Below, one piece after another: positions 1 to 9,899 of a DNA stretch of 64,000 nucleotides. Each line of letters begins with the position of its first letter. The first letter of the stretch is position 1. This stretch comes from Candidatus Methylomirabilia bacterium (lineage in GTDB: Bacteria; Methylomirabilota; Methylomirabilia; Rokubacteriales; CSP1-6), in contig JBGQEL010000012.1 in the NCBI GenBank assembly GCA_041496385.1, positions 1 through 64,000 of the forward strand, read 5' to 3'. The notes beneath the pieces are model-generated. The model was not told the origin of the DNA, did not search any database, and worked only from the letters and a program-made list of their open reading frames with translations. A program made the position numbers and the translations under genes.

Positions 1-1
1 C

Positions 2-775
2 TGCCCGAATCGGTATCGGACACGGAACACGATCACCGCGGACGACCCGCCGCACTTCCTGGGCGCGTTCGCCGAGTACTACCTGCTCAAGGCGGGGCAG
101 TGGCTCTTCAAGGTGCCCGACGGGCTGCCGGACGAGCTGGTGGCGCCGGTCAACTGCGCCCTCTCGCAGGTCGTGTACGGGCTCCACCAGATCGGCGTGT
201 GGCTCGGTGATACCGTCGTGATCCAGGGCGCGGGCGGGCTCGGCATCTACGCCTGCGGTGTCGCGAAGGACATGGGCGCCGGCCGCGTCGTCGCGATCGA
301 CGCGATCCCTGAGCGGCTCGCGCTGGCGCGCCGGTTCGGCGCCGACGAGGTGATCGACTTCAAGGCGCTGTCCACCAAGGAGGCGCGTGTTCAGCGCGTG
401 AAGGAGCTGACGGGCGGCGCGGGCGCCGACGTGGTCGTGGAGGTCGCCGGCGTCGCGGGCGTCGTCCAGGAGGGCCTCGAGATGACCCGCGTCGGCGGGC
501 GCTATCTGTGGATGGGCAACATCGTCCCCGGGCAGAAGGCCGAGATCGTCCCGCACGACGCCACGCGCCAACCCAAGACGATCCGCGGCGTGCTCGCCTA
601 CGACCGCTGGGTCATCCCGCGCGCGCTCGACTGGGTCGCGCGCACGCGGACGAGGTACCCGTTCGAGCAGCTGATCGGCGGGCGCTTCCCGCTCGAGCGG
701 ATCAACGACGCCTTCGAGCAGGCCGAGTGGGTGGCCGGGAAGGGGAGCGTGGCCCGCACGGTGATCCTGCCCTGA
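2..775 (+). CDS. Zinc-dependent alcohol dehydrogenase (MDR family), 5' partial
   Basis: Frame is open from the window edge (CPNRYRT...GAFAEY). GAGGLG Rossmann motif, GADVVVEVAG, C-terminal FPLERINDAF. Confidence 0.85.
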   Translation, partial: CPNRYRTRNTITADDPPHFLGAFAEYYLLKAGQWLFKVPDGLPDELVAPVNCALSQVVYGLHQIGVWLGDTVVIQGAGGLGIYACGVAKDMGAGRVVAIDAIPERLALARRFGADEVIDFKALSTKEARVQRVKELTGGAGADVVVEVAGVAGVVQEGLEMTRVGGRYLWMGNIVPGQKAEIVPHDATRQPKTIRGVLAYDRWVIPRALDWVARTRTRYPFEQLIGGRFPLERINDAFEQAEWVAGKGSVARTVILP

Positions 776-1785
776 GGGCGGCCCGCGCGCTGCCGCTTCT
801 CGCTCTCGCGCTCGCGCTCGCGGGCTGCATCGGCGCCTACCAGGTGCCGGTGGTCGAGCCGCAGGGCGCCGGCAGCCTGCGGCCGGTCATCGAGGACCCC
901 GACGCGGGCATGGTGGGCATCGCGCGCGGCCTCGACCTCAAGAGCTACCCGGTGATCGCGGTCGCCCAGTTCCGCATCCCCGAGTCGGAGATCAACGACA
1001 GCGAGGATCGCCGGCTCGCCGCCGAGCTGCCGCCCTATTTCCAGTCCGCGATCGTCCGCCGCCTGCGCGCGTCCGGCCTCTTCGAGCGCGTCGTGAACCT
1101 GACCGAGAGCGAGCTGGCGCCCGGCGGCGCGCGGACCCTGCGGCTGGAGGGGGCCATCACGAAGCTCTCGCCCGGCAACCGCGCGCTCCGTTACTTCGTC
1201 GGCTTCGGCGCGGGTGCGAGCCGGACGCAGGTCGAGACCCGCTTTGTGGACGTGCAGACCGGCGAGGTCGTTCTCGTGACGGCCGACCGGCGCGAGGCGG
1301 CCTTCGGCATCTTCGGCGGCGACAGCGAGGAGCACCTCAAGGAGTCGTTCGACGACATGGCGCGCGACCTGTCGAAGTTCGTCGCGCGCACGCGCGGGGC
1401 GTCGCCCGCGGCGGGCGCCGCGCCGGCGTCCGGCGCGCCGCAGATCGCGCGGACCGACGCCGCGTCGCGGGTCGTCGGCACCTGGCGCGGGACCCTGAGG
1501 TACCGCGGGGAGGGGTCGTCGGTGAGCCTCCCGGTGACCCTCCAGATCTTCGAGCAGGGCGCCGGGCTGATGTGGTCCCTCGTGAGCTCACGGAACCCGA
1601 CGCTCGGCGCCGGGACGGTCGAGCTCGCGGGCGACACGCTTCGTCTGGCGGGTCACACGCAGCCGGTCGGGCCCCGCGTGGCGATCACGTACTCGGGCAC
1701 GGTCGTGGAGAACGCCTACGAGGCGTCCGGCCTCACCGCGGACAACCGCACCCACGTCCTCTCGGTGACGCGCGTCGCACCGTAG
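772..1785 (+). CDS. Lipoprotein with DUF4410-like domain plus a C-terminal beta-rich domain; probable CTG start
   Basis: Lipobox LALAG-C and GNRALRYFVGFGAG motif typical of DUF4410. CTG at 772 overlaps the upstream TGA (CTGA). Start is uncertain. Confidence 0.6.
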   Translation: MRAARALPLLALALALAGCIGAYQVPVVEPQGAGSLRPVIEDPDAGMVGIARGLDLKSYPVIAVAQFRIPESEINDSEDRRLAAELPPYFQSAIVRRLRASGLFERVVNLTESELAPGGARTLRLEGAITKLSPGNRALRYFVGFGAGASRTQVETRFVDVQTGEVVLVTADRREAAFGIFGGDSEEHLKESFDDMARDLSKFVARTRGASPAAGAAPASGAPQIARTDAASRVVGTWRGTLRYRGEGSSVSLPVTLQIFEQGAGLMWSLVSSRNPTLGAGTVELAGDTLRLAGHTQPVGPRVAITYSGTVVENAYEASGLTADNRTHVLSVTRVAP

Positions 1786-1795
1786 CGGCGGACGC

Positions 1796-2569
1796 TCACC
1801 GCACTCCGGCGGGGGGCGGAAGGAAGCCGAACCGGCCGAGCACCACCTGCCCGTCACGACTCAACAGCAGATCGAGAAACGCCTGCGCGATCGCCGACTG
1901 CTTGGAGCCGGCGACCACCGCGACGGGGTACAGCACGGGCCGGTAGGTGTCCTCCGGCGGTCGGAACGCCTCCTTGACCTGCTGGCCGCGGAGGGCGGCA
2001 TCCGTCGTGTAGACGAAGCCCGCGTCGACCTCCCCGCGCGCGACGTAGTCGAGGGCCTGACGGACGTTCTCCGAGAACACCAGCTTGGGCTTCAGCTTCT
2101 CCCAGAGACCGAGGGCCTTGAGGCTCTCCTCGGCGTACTGGCCGACCGGCACCGTCTTGGGGTTGCCGGCGACGATCCTCGTGATCCGTGGATCGAGAAG
2201 GTCGGCAGGCTTGACGATGTCGATCCGCGAGTCCGCCGGCTTGATCACCGTGAGCACATTCCGCGCGAACACGCGGCGGGTGGCGGCGGTGACGAGCCCC
2301 TTCTTCTCGAGCTCGTCCATCTGCCGCTGCGCGGCCGAGATGAACAGGTCGACGGGCGCGCCGGCCTCGATCTGTTTCTGCAGCTCACCGGACGCCCCGA
2401 AGTTGTACCAGAGCTTCACGCCCGGGCGCGCGGCCATGAATCCACGCCCCAGCTCCTCCACAACGTCCTTCATGCTGATCGCGACCGACAGCGTCGCTTC
2501 CTGAGCCTGCGCGACGCTCACGGTCAGGAGCAGAAGCAGCACGACGATCACGCGCACGACGGCGGACAT
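1796..2569 (-). CDS. modA: Molybdate ABC transporter substrate-binding protein
   Basis: Signal peptide, FGASGELQKQIEAGAPVDLFISA, VPVGQYA, ENVRQAL, GFVYTTD; GGAGG RBS. Confidence 0.9.
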   Translation of the reverse strand: MSAVVRVIVVLLLLLTVSVAQAQEATLSVAISMKDVVEELGRGFMAARPGVKLWYNFGASGELQKQIEAGAPVDLFISAAQRQMDELEKKGLVTAATRRVFARNVLTVIKPADSRIDIVKPADLLDPRITRIVAGNPKTVPVGQYAEESLKALGLWEKLKPKLVFSENVRQALDYVARGEVDAGFVYTTDAALRGQQVKEAFRPPEDTYRPVLYPVAVVAGSKQSAIAQAFLDLLLSRDGQVVLGRFGFLPPPAGVR

Positions 2570-2700
2570 GGACGACCTCCGGGGCGAATCGTACCTTCCG
2601 CCCCGGCGCCGATCAACGTGCTCGACCTGGCGGCCTTGACCCCTCGCGCGCCGATATGCTATTGGTGGGCGCTCAATTCTTGGCGTTCTACGGGGGTCTC

Positions 2701-3585
2701 ATGGCGCAAGTAATTGGATTCGTTGGCTTGGGCATCATGGGACGTCCCATGGCCCGGAATCTCCTCAAGGCCGGCTATCCGCTCGTCGTGCACAGCCGGA
2801 GCCGCGGCCCGGTGGACGAGATCGTCAAGGCCGGCGCCACCGCCGGCGCCTCTCCGCGCGACGTCGCGAGCCGCTCGGACGTGCTCATCACGATGCTGCC
2901 GAACTCGCCCGACGTCGAGCTGGTCGCGCTCGGCCGTGACGGCATCGTCGAGGGCGCGCGGCCGGGGCTGATCTTCGCGGACATGTCCACGATCTCGCCG
3001 ATCGTCTCGCAGAAGGTCGGCGCCGCGCTCGCGGCGAAGGGCGTCAAGATGCTCGACGCGCCCGTGTCCGGCGGCGAGAAGGGCGCGATCGACGGGGCGC
3101 TCTCCATCATGGTCGGCGGCGACAAGGCCGTCTTCGACGCGGTGCTGCCGATCTTCCAGGCGATGGGCAAGACGATCACCCTCCTGGGGCCGCTCGGCTT
3201 CGGCGGCTTCACGAAGCTCGCGAACCAGATCATCGTCGCCGTCAACCTCACGGCGCTCGCCGAGGCGCTCACGCTCGCCAAGAAGGCGGGGCTCGACCGC
3301 GAGCTGACGCTCACCGCGCTCGCGGGCGGGCTTGCCGGCTCGCGGTGCCTCGACCAGAAGAAGCCCAACTACGTGGCCGGGACGTACAACCCGGGCTTCA
3401 AGATCGACCTGCACTTCAAGGATCTCGGGCTCATCATGGAGTCCGCGCGTGCCCTCGGCGTGCCGCTGCCGGCGACGGCGGTCGTCCAGGAGCTCTTCAA
3501 CGCGCTCCGCGTGAAGGGCCGCGGCGGCCTCGACCACTCCGGCGTCATCACGCTTCTCGAAGATCTGGCGGGCGTCTCCGCGTGA
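2701..3585 (+). CDS. garR: 2-hydroxy-3-oxopropionate (tartronate semialdehyde) reductase
   Basis: GFVGLGIMGRPMA, DAPVSGG, KLANQII, PGFKIDLHFKDL. Confidence 0.8.
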   Translation: MAQVIGFVGLGIMGRPMARNLLKAGYPLVVHSRSRGPVDEIVKAGATAGASPRDVASRSDVLITMLPNSPDVELVALGRDGIVEGARPGLIFADMSTISPIVSQKVGAALAAKGVKMLDAPVSGGEKGAIDGALSIMVGGDKAVFDAVLPIFQAMGKTITLLGPLGFGGFTKLANQIIVAVNLTALAEALTLAKKAGLDRELTLTALAGGLAGSRCLDQKKPNYVAGTYNPGFKIDLHFKDLGLIMESARALGVPLPATAVVQELFNALRVKGRGGLDHSGVITLLEDLAGVSA

Positions 3586-4616
3586 GGGCCACCGTCGATC
3601 GCGCCGGCCTGGACCCGCAGGGCCGCCTGCCGAAGGTCCAGGTCCGCCGCGTCCGCAAGGGCGACCTCGCGAAGGTGCGCGACGTCATGGAGCAGACCTT
3701 CGGCGACTTCCTCGAGCGCCAGCTGGGCACGCGTCCGCGCCAGTCGTTCGGCGGCGCCCAGTACGTTCACCACCGCTGGCTCATGGAGCCATGGGGCTGC
3801 TTCGTCGCCGAGGAGGACAGCGCGAAGATCGTGGGCGCCGCGCTGGCCGTCACGTGGGGCAGCGTCGGCATCCTCGGGCCCGTCGCCGTCCTCACGAACT
3901 ACCACAACCAGACGATCGGCCAGCAGCTGATCCGCGCCGCGCAGGGCTTCTTCGAGGAGAACAAGGCGACGCTCCACGGCTGCGTGACCTACCCGACGAG
4001 TCCCAAGCATCTGTTTCTGTATCACAAGTTCGGCTACAAGCCGAAGGCGCTCACCGCGATCATGAGCCGCATCATCGACCGGACGCCGCCGGCCGCCGCG
4101 CCCGCGCCCAAGCCCGCGAAGACGGCCGTTGTCGTCCGGCGCCTGTCGACGCTCGAGGAGGCGAAGAAGAAGGCGGTGCTCGCGCGGATCCACCGGATCA
4201 CGAACGCGATCTGCCGCGGGATGGACCTCTCCAAGGAGGTCGAGATCGTGGACGGGCTGGCGCTCGGCGACACGCTGCTGCTCGAGCGCGGTCGCGACCT
4301 CGTGGGCTTCGCGATCTATCACACACCCGGCGTGAGCGAGGCGCCGGCCGGGGCGCTCTACGTGAAGTACCTCGCCATCGACCCGGCGCAGCGCAAGGTC
4401 GAGCACCTCGTCGAGTTCATCGGCGCGGTCGAGGCGCTCGGCCGGGAGCTCGGCGTGCAGCGCGTGATCCTTCCCGTGTACACGAAGTACTGGGTCGCGT
4501 ACAGTACCCTGGTCCAATGCGGCTATCAGATCGAGTTCAGCATGATCCGGATGCAGCGGGGCAAGCAGGAGGACTACGAGGACCCGGCCGACCTCGTCCT
4601 CGACGACTGGCGCTGA
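3582..4616 (+). CDS. Tandem GNAT-family N-acetyltransferase
   Basis: GTGA overlap start; GPVAVLTNYHNQTIGQQL (motif A-like), LYHKFGY. Confidence 0.7.
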   Translation: MRATVDRAGLDPQGRLPKVQVRRVRKGDLAKVRDVMEQTFGDFLERQLGTRPRQSFGGAQYVHHRWLMEPWGCFVAEEDSAKIVGAALAVTWGSVGILGPVAVLTNYHNQTIGQQLIRAAQGFFEENKATLHGCVTYPTSPKHLFLYHKFGYKPKALTAIMSRIIDRTPPAAAPAPKPAKTAVVVRRLSTLEEAKKKAVLARIHRITNAICRGMDLSKEVEIVDGLALGDTLLLERGRDLVGFAIYHTPGVSEAPAGALYVKYLAIDPAQRKVEHLVEFIGAVEALGRELGVQRVILPVYTKYWVAYSTLVQCGYQIEFSMIRMQRGKQEDYEDPADLVLDDWR

Positions 4617-4972
4617 TGCGCCGGCTGGCCGCGCCGGCGAGCGGCGCGTTGCTCCTGGCCCTCGCGAGCGTGGCGCTCGCCCACTCGCTCGTGCTCGAGT
4701 CCTCCCCGGCGGCCGGCGCCACGGTGCAGGCACCCCGCCAGCTCAACGTCCGCTTCAACAACCGGATCGAGAAGGCCCTCTCGCGTCTCCGGCTCTTCGG
4801 TGAGCGCGGCGAGCCGCTGCCGCTCGCCACGCCCGCGGCCGACGGGCCCGCCGACCGGCTCACGTCCCCGCTGCCGCCGCTCGCGCCGGGGACCTATCGC
4901 GTCGAGTGGCAGGTCCTCTCCACGGACGGCCACATCGTGAGCGGCGGCTTCTCCTTCCGCGTCGCGCCCTAG
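4616..4972 (+). CDS. copC: Copper resistance protein CopC
   Basis: Signal peptide followed by mature N-terminal His (AH-SLVLESSP); YRVEWQVLSTDGH. Confidence 0.85.
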   Translation: MRRLAAPASGALLLALASVALAHSLVLESSPAAGATVQAPRQLNVRFNNRIEKALSRLRLFGERGEPLPLATPAADGPADRLTSPLPPLAPGTYRVEWQVLSTDGHIVSGGFSFRVAP

Positions 4973-4993
4973 CGCCATGACGCTTCGTGGTGG

Positions 4994-6136
4994 ATGCGGG
5001 CGAGGTCCGGCGTGGCGACGCTGATCCCCGGCGGCGCGACCGCCGAGGGGACGCGGCGGTACGCGGCGCGGCTGGCCGGGAGCGTGGCGCCCGGGCACTT
5101 CCGCCAGCTCGACGGGCTGTCCGTCTCCACGCTGGGGATCGGCACCTACCTCGGCCCCGAGGACGCGGCGACCGACGTCGCCTACCAGGACGCGGTCGTG
5201 CGCGCGCTCGAGGTGGGCATCAACGTGATCGACACGGCGGTGAACTACCGCCACCAGCGCAGCGAGCGCGCGATCCGCACCGCCCTCGGGGCCGCGTTCG
5301 GACGCGCCCGCGCGCAGCGCGACGAGGTCCTCGTCGCCACCAAGGGCGGCTACGTCCCGTTCGACGGCGCCGTCCCGCGCGACGCGCGCGCCTGGTTCAC
5401 GAAGACGTACCTCGACACCGGCATCGTCGGGCCGGACGACGTCGTGGGCGGCATCCACTGCATCGCGCCGCGCTACCTCACGGATCAGATCGCGCGGAGC
5501 CGCGCGAACCTCGGCCTCGAGACCCTCGACGTTTACTACCTCCACAACCCGGAGGCGCAGCTCGGGGAGGTGGAGCGTCCCGCGTTCCTGCGGCGCCTCC
5601 GGGCCGCCTTCGACACGCTCGAGCAGGCGGCGCGTTCGGGCCGGGTCGGGCGCTACGGGACGGCGACGTGGGACGGGTTCCGCGCGGATCCCGGCGCGCC
5701 CGGCCACCTGTCGCTCGAGGAGCTCGTCGGCGTGGCGCGCGACGTCGGCGGTTCCGACCACCACTTCAAGGTGATCCAGCTGCCATACAACCTCGCGATG
5801 CCCGAGGCCTTCGTCCGCGCCAACCAGCCGCTCGGCGGGACGCTGGTGCCGCTCGCCGAGGCGGCGCGCCGGCTCGGCGTCTACGTGATGGCGTCCGCGT
5901 CGGTGCTCCAGGGCCAGCTCGCGCGCGGCCTGCCCCCCATGGTCGGCGAGATCCTGCCCGGGCTCACCACGGACGCGCAGCGGGCGCTCCAGTTCGTGCG
6001 CTCGACGCCGGGCATCGGCACGGCGCTGGTCGGGATGAAATCGGCGCCGCACGTGGAGGAGAACGCCGGCGTCGCGGCCGTCCCGCCCCGGCCGTGGGAG
6101 GAGTTCCAGCGGTTTTTCGCGGCGGCGGGCTCCTAA
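4994..6136 (+). CDS. Aldo/keto reductase
   Basis: LGIGTYLG, GINVIDTAVNY, VATKGG, LDVYYLHNP, QLPYNL. Start could be the GTG a few codons downstream. Confidence 0.85.
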   Translation: MRARSGVATLIPGGATAEGTRRYAARLAGSVAPGHFRQLDGLSVSTLGIGTYLGPEDAATDVAYQDAVVRALEVGINVIDTAVNYRHQRSERAIRTALGAAFGRARAQRDEVLVATKGGYVPFDGAVPRDARAWFTKTYLDTGIVGPDDVVGGIHCIAPRYLTDQIARSRANLGLETLDVYYLHNPEAQLGEVERPAFLRRLRAAFDTLEQAARSGRVGRYGTATWDGFRADPGAPGHLSLEELVGVARDVGGSDHHFKVIQLPYNLAMPEAFVRANQPLGGTLVPLAEAARRLGVYVMASASVLQGQLARGLPPMVGEILPGLTTDAQRALQFVRSTPGIGTALVGMKSAPHVEENAGVAAVPPRPWEEFQRFFAAAGS

Positions 6137-6140
6137 GTGT

Positions 6141-6169
6141 TTGCGAAGGCGCACGGTGTCGGGTAGGTT
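6141..6169 (+). promoter_or_regulatory. Putative sigma70 promoter
   Basis: TTGCGA-17 nt-TAGGTT. Confidence 0.4.
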
Positions 6170-6278
6170 GAGGCAGCGGTGACCTTCGTGCTGCTCCCGT
6201 TCGATCACCAGATCCGTATCCGCGATGCCTGCGCGCGCAGGGTCGCGCCGTTCGTCGGCTGAGGAGGGGCTGCGAGTC

Positions 6279-7025
6279 ATGCGACGGATTCATCACGTCG
6301 GAATCGTCGTGACGCGTCTGACGGACGCCTACACGTTCTACCGCGACACGCTCGGGCTGCCGCTCCTCAAGGAGGCGGTTCTCGCCGACCAGGGGGTGCG
6401 CGCCGCGCTCCTCGCCTGCGGCGACACCGAGATCGAGCTGCTGGAGCCGCTCAGCGCGACGTCGGGCGTCGGCCGCTTCCTCGCCAAGCGCGGCGAGGGT
6501 CTCCACCACCTCTGCTTCGACACGGGCGACATCAACGCGGCGCTCACGGCGCTGAAGGAAAAGCACGTGGAGCTCCTCGACACCACGCCGCGGCCGGGCC
6601 TCGCGGGCCAGATCGCGTTCCTGCACCCGAAGGCGTGCTGCGGCGTCCTCGTGGAGCTGGCGACGCCCTCGGACGAGCGCGAGACGGCGTCGCCCGTCCG
6701 GCTCAAGCGGCTCGTCATCGGCGCGCGGGACGTGAAGCAGACGGTCGAGACGTTCCAGTCGCTGTTCGGCCTCCCCGAGGTGGCGATGAACGGCGGGCCG
6801 CGCACGATGCTGGCGATCGGCCGCGGCACGCTCCTCATCGCGCCGTCCGACGAGGTCGGCGGCACGGAGGGCATGGTGGCGCTCTCGCTCGTGGCCGAGG
6901 ACTTCCCCGGGCTGATGGCGTCCTTCGATCGCGCCGGCACGAAGTGCCTGCGGGGCACCGCGGAGGTGACGCTCGAGCCGAACGCCAGCCACGGCGTCCA
7001 CCTCCACATCAGCCGGTACGAGTAG
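6279..7025 (+). CDS. mce: Methylmalonyl-CoA epimerase-like VOC protein with a second degenerate VOC domain
   Basis: IHHVGIVV, DQGV, IELLEP, RGEGLHHLCF, AFLHPK...GVLVEL; GAGGAGG RBS. Confidence 0.75.
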   Translation: MRRIHHVGIVVTRLTDAYTFYRDTLGLPLLKEAVLADQGVRAALLACGDTEIELLEPLSATSGVGRFLAKRGEGLHHLCFDTGDINAALTALKEKHVELLDTTPRPGLAGQIAFLHPKACCGVLVELATPSDERETASPVRLKRLVIGARDVKQTVETFQSLFGLPEVAMNGGPRTMLAIGRGTLLIAPSDEVGGTEGMVALSLVAEDFPGLMASFDRAGTKCLRGTAEVTLEPNASHGVHLHISRYE

Positions 7026-7052
7026 CGCCGCGCGCTCCGCGCGGGCGCGGGC

Positions 7053-9887
7053 ATGCTGAACACGCTCAGCCGCGCGGCGCTCGTCGCGGCGCTGGTGTGG
7101 GCGCCGCTGGCCTCCGGCGCCGGGCGCGGCTGGGCGCTCGCGGTCCTCCACGTGCTCGTCGCGATCGCCCTGGCGGCGTGGCTCGGCGCGATGCTCACCG
7201 CGGGCCGGCTCGAGTGGCGCCGGACCGCGCTCGACCTGCCTCTCGGCCTCGTCGGCGCGCTCGGCCTCGTGCAGCTGGCGCTCGGCAACGCCTCGCTCGT
7301 CCGCTGGGCGCTCGCGCCGCCGCCCGCGACACCCGCGCTCGTCGCCGACTTCCCGTGGCCGTGGCTCGCCGTGGGCGCGGTGAAGCCGGCCCAGACGCTT
7401 CGCTCGTTCCTGCTCTTCGCCTGCTACGCCGCGGTGTATGCCCTCGTCGTCCAGCAGATCCGGACGCGCCTGCAGGTGGGTAGACTCGTGCGGGCGCTGC
7501 TCCTCGTGGGGACGCTCGCGGCCGTCCTCGGGCTGCTCGACGCGCTGCTGGGCGAGGGGTGGCTCCGCGGCTGGAACGGAGACCACTACGCCGCCTGGCT
7601 CGCCGCGCTCATCTGCCTCGGCCTCGGCTGGCTGTTCGGGCGCCGGCGCGTGACGCGCGACAATCCATCCTTCGCCGACGAGCTCACGCGCCGCTACCTG
7701 CCGCTACTCGGAGTCGCGACGATGACGGTGGCGCTGCTGCTCACGTTCTCGCGCGCCGCCATGGTGAGCCTCGGCGCGGGTCTGGCGGGCTTCGTCCTGC
7801 TCCTGGGCGCGCTCGGGCGCGCGCGGCGCAACGTCGTGATCGGGGGCGTGGCCCTCGTCGCCGCGCTGACCTGTGGCGCCTGGGCGGGTGTCGGCCCGTG
7901 GCTCGAGCGCGCCGGGCTCGAGGGCGACGACGCGCCGATTCGTTTCACGGAGGCGGTCCGGTCGGCGCGGATGCTGGTGGAGTTTCCGGTGTTCGGCGTC
8001 GGCCTCGGCGGCTATCGCGACATCGTTCATCGCTACCTGTCCCTCGCGGACCTGCCGCGGGATGCGCCGTCGCCGTCCGGCCCGAGCGATCTGCTGCGGT
8101 TCGTTCTCGAAACCGGGGTGGCGGGCGCGGCGCTCGCCGTGTGGCTCCTCTGGCGGCTCGTCACCGATCTCGTCCGCGCCCACCTCCTCGGCCGGGGCGC
8201 CTGTCCCGCCGACGGCGGCGCCGGCGATGCGGCGCGCCGTAACGATCCCTACAGCATCGGCGTCGCGCTCGGCGCGCTCACGGGAACGCTCGCGCTGCTG
8301 GTCCAGAGCGGCGTCCAGGCTCCGCTCCGGACTCCCGCCGCCGGCATGCTCGCCGCCGCGCTGCTCGGGCTCGCAACGGTCGCGCTCCACACGCGGCTGG
8401 TGACCGGCCGGGAGCAGCTCCTGACCGCGGTGCGCGTGCTCGAGCTGCGCGCGCGCGGCGCGCTCGCCGCCGGCGCCGTCGGCGTCGCGGGATTTGCGAC
8501 GCTGGCCGCCTGGGCGGGCTTCGCCGCGTGGACCGCGCTCGCCCTGGCCGGCGATCCCTGGGACGACACGGCGCTCCTGGCGCGCGCGCGGGCGCGCCTG
8601 GAAGCCGCGTCGGCGCCGCCGGCCGGGCGCGCGCCCGGCGCCGAGCCCGGAGCTCCGGCGCTGGCTCTGCTGGCCGCCGGGCGCGCGGATCTGCGCGTGG
8701 CGCTTGGCGTGGCTCCGACGAACCCGCGCCTCCACCATCAGCTCGCGCTGCTCGAGGCGGCGGCGGCCGCGCTGACCGCGCCCACGGACGGCGCCGCGAT
8801 GGCCGTGCCGCTGGCCCACGCGGCGCGCGCGGTCGCGCTCGCGCCTGCGGACCCGCGGCTCTACGCGTCCGTCGCGCGGCTCGCGCAGACGGCACGGCCG
8901 GAGCTGGGACTGACGGCGGCGCGGGAGGCGGCACGCCTGGGGCCCGAGCTGATTCCCGAGCTCGTCGACCTCTATCGCGCCGCCGGGCTCGCGGAGGCCG
9001 CGTGGCTCGCGCTCGTACCCGATACGGCGGCGGACCGCCTCGAGCTCGCGGCCGCGCTCGAGGCGCGGGGGCTCACCGCCGAGGGCCTCGCCGCCTACCG
9101 CGCGGCGCTCGCGGCGGCGCCGCAGGCGGCGCGCCCGCTGTGCCGCTGGCTGCTCGGGCAGGCGCTCGCGCGGGCCGGCCAGGCGCCGGCCGCGCAGGCG
9201 GAGCTCGAGCAGGCGGTGCGGGAGGACCGCGGCAGTCCCGAGGTCCACGGCGCCCTCGCCGACGCGCGCGCCGGGCGCGACGACCCCGCCGCGCTGCAGA
9301 GCTATCGGGACGCGCTCGCCGCCGCGGAGCGGCGCGCGGGCCTGCGGCCGCGGCCCCCGCTATTCGCGCTGACCGACGGGCGGCTCCGCGGCATCGCGGA
9401 GCGGCGGGCCGGTCCCGGCTGGGAGCGCCCGTCGCGCCATCGGCGCGCGCTCGCGCGCTACCTCGTCGAGCACAAGCTCTGGGAGCCGGCGGTGCCGGAG
9501 TGGGAGCGCCTGGCGTCCGACGAGCCCAAGGACGCCGAGGCGCAGTTCGCGCTGGGCATGGCGCTCGACGGCGCCGGCCGCGCGCAGGAGGCGCTCGGGC
9601 CGTACCGGCGGGCCGTCGCGCTCGACGCGAACGCCTTGCGGTACCGCGAGCGGCTGGCGCAGCGACTCTGGGACGGCGAGCAGTTCTCGCAGGCAATCGA
9701 CGAGTGGCGCATCGTGAAGGGTCAGGTGCCGACCCGGCTCGAGGCGCGCCTGGCGCTCGCGCGCGCCTACGAGGGCATGGGCGATCGCGCCGACGCGCTG
9801 CAGGAATACCGCGAGATCCTGGAGCTGGCGCCGGCGCATCCGGCGGCGCTCCAGGCCGTCGAGAAGCTCGGCGCACGGCGGCCCTGA
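7053..9887 (+). CDS. O-antigen ligase-like membrane protein with C-terminal TPR repeats
   Basis: Multiple TM segments, LTFSRAA, FPVFGVGLGGY; Ala-rich TPR-like helices at the C-terminus. Confidence 0.65.
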   Translation: MLNTLSRAALVAALVWAPLASGAGRGWALAVLHVLVAIALAAWLGAMLTAGRLEWRRTALDLPLGLVGALGLVQLALGNASLVRWALAPPPATPALVADFPWPWLAVGAVKPAQTLRSFLLFACYAAVYALVVQQIRTRLQVGRLVRALLLVGTLAAVLGLLDALLGEGWLRGWNGDHYAAWLAALICLGLGWLFGRRRVTRDNPSFADELTRRYLPLLGVATMTVALLLTFSRAAMVSLGAGLAGFVLLLGALGRARRNVVIGGVALVAALTCGAWAGVGPWLERAGLEGDDAPIRFTEAVRSARMLVEFPVFGVGLGGYRDIVHRYLSLADLPRDAPSPSGPSDLLRFVLETGVAGAALAVWLLWRLVTDLVRAHLLGRGACPADGGAGDAARRNDPYSIGVALGALTGTLALLVQSGVQAPLRTPAAGMLAAALLGLATVALHTRLVTGREQLLTAVRVLELRARGALAAGAVGVAGFATLAAWAGFAAWTALALAGDPWDDTALLARARARLEAASAPPAGRAPGAEPGAPALALLAAGRADLRVALGVAPTNPRLHHQLALLEAAAAALTAPTDGAAMAVPLAHAARAVALAPADPRLYASVARLAQTARPELGLTAAREAARLGPELIPELVDLYRAAGLAEAAWLALVPDTAADRLELAAALEARGLTAEGLAAYRAALAAAPQAARPLCRWLLGQALARAGQAPAAQAELEQAVREDRGSPEVHGALADARAGRDDPAALQSYRDALAAAERRAGLRPRPPLFALTDGRLRGIAERRAGPGWERPSRHRRALARYLVEHKLWEPAVPEWERLASDEPKDAEAQFALGMALDGAGRAQEALGPYRRAVALDANALRYRERLAQRLWDGEQFSQAIDEWRIVKGQVPTRLEARLALARAYEGMGDRADALQEYREILELAPAHPAALQAVEKLGARRP

Positions 9888-9899
9888 GCCGCGCGCGCC

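Noticed and set aside
1796..2569. Orphan modA without modBC
   Set aside because: Split mod loci are common, and the partners may lie outside the window.
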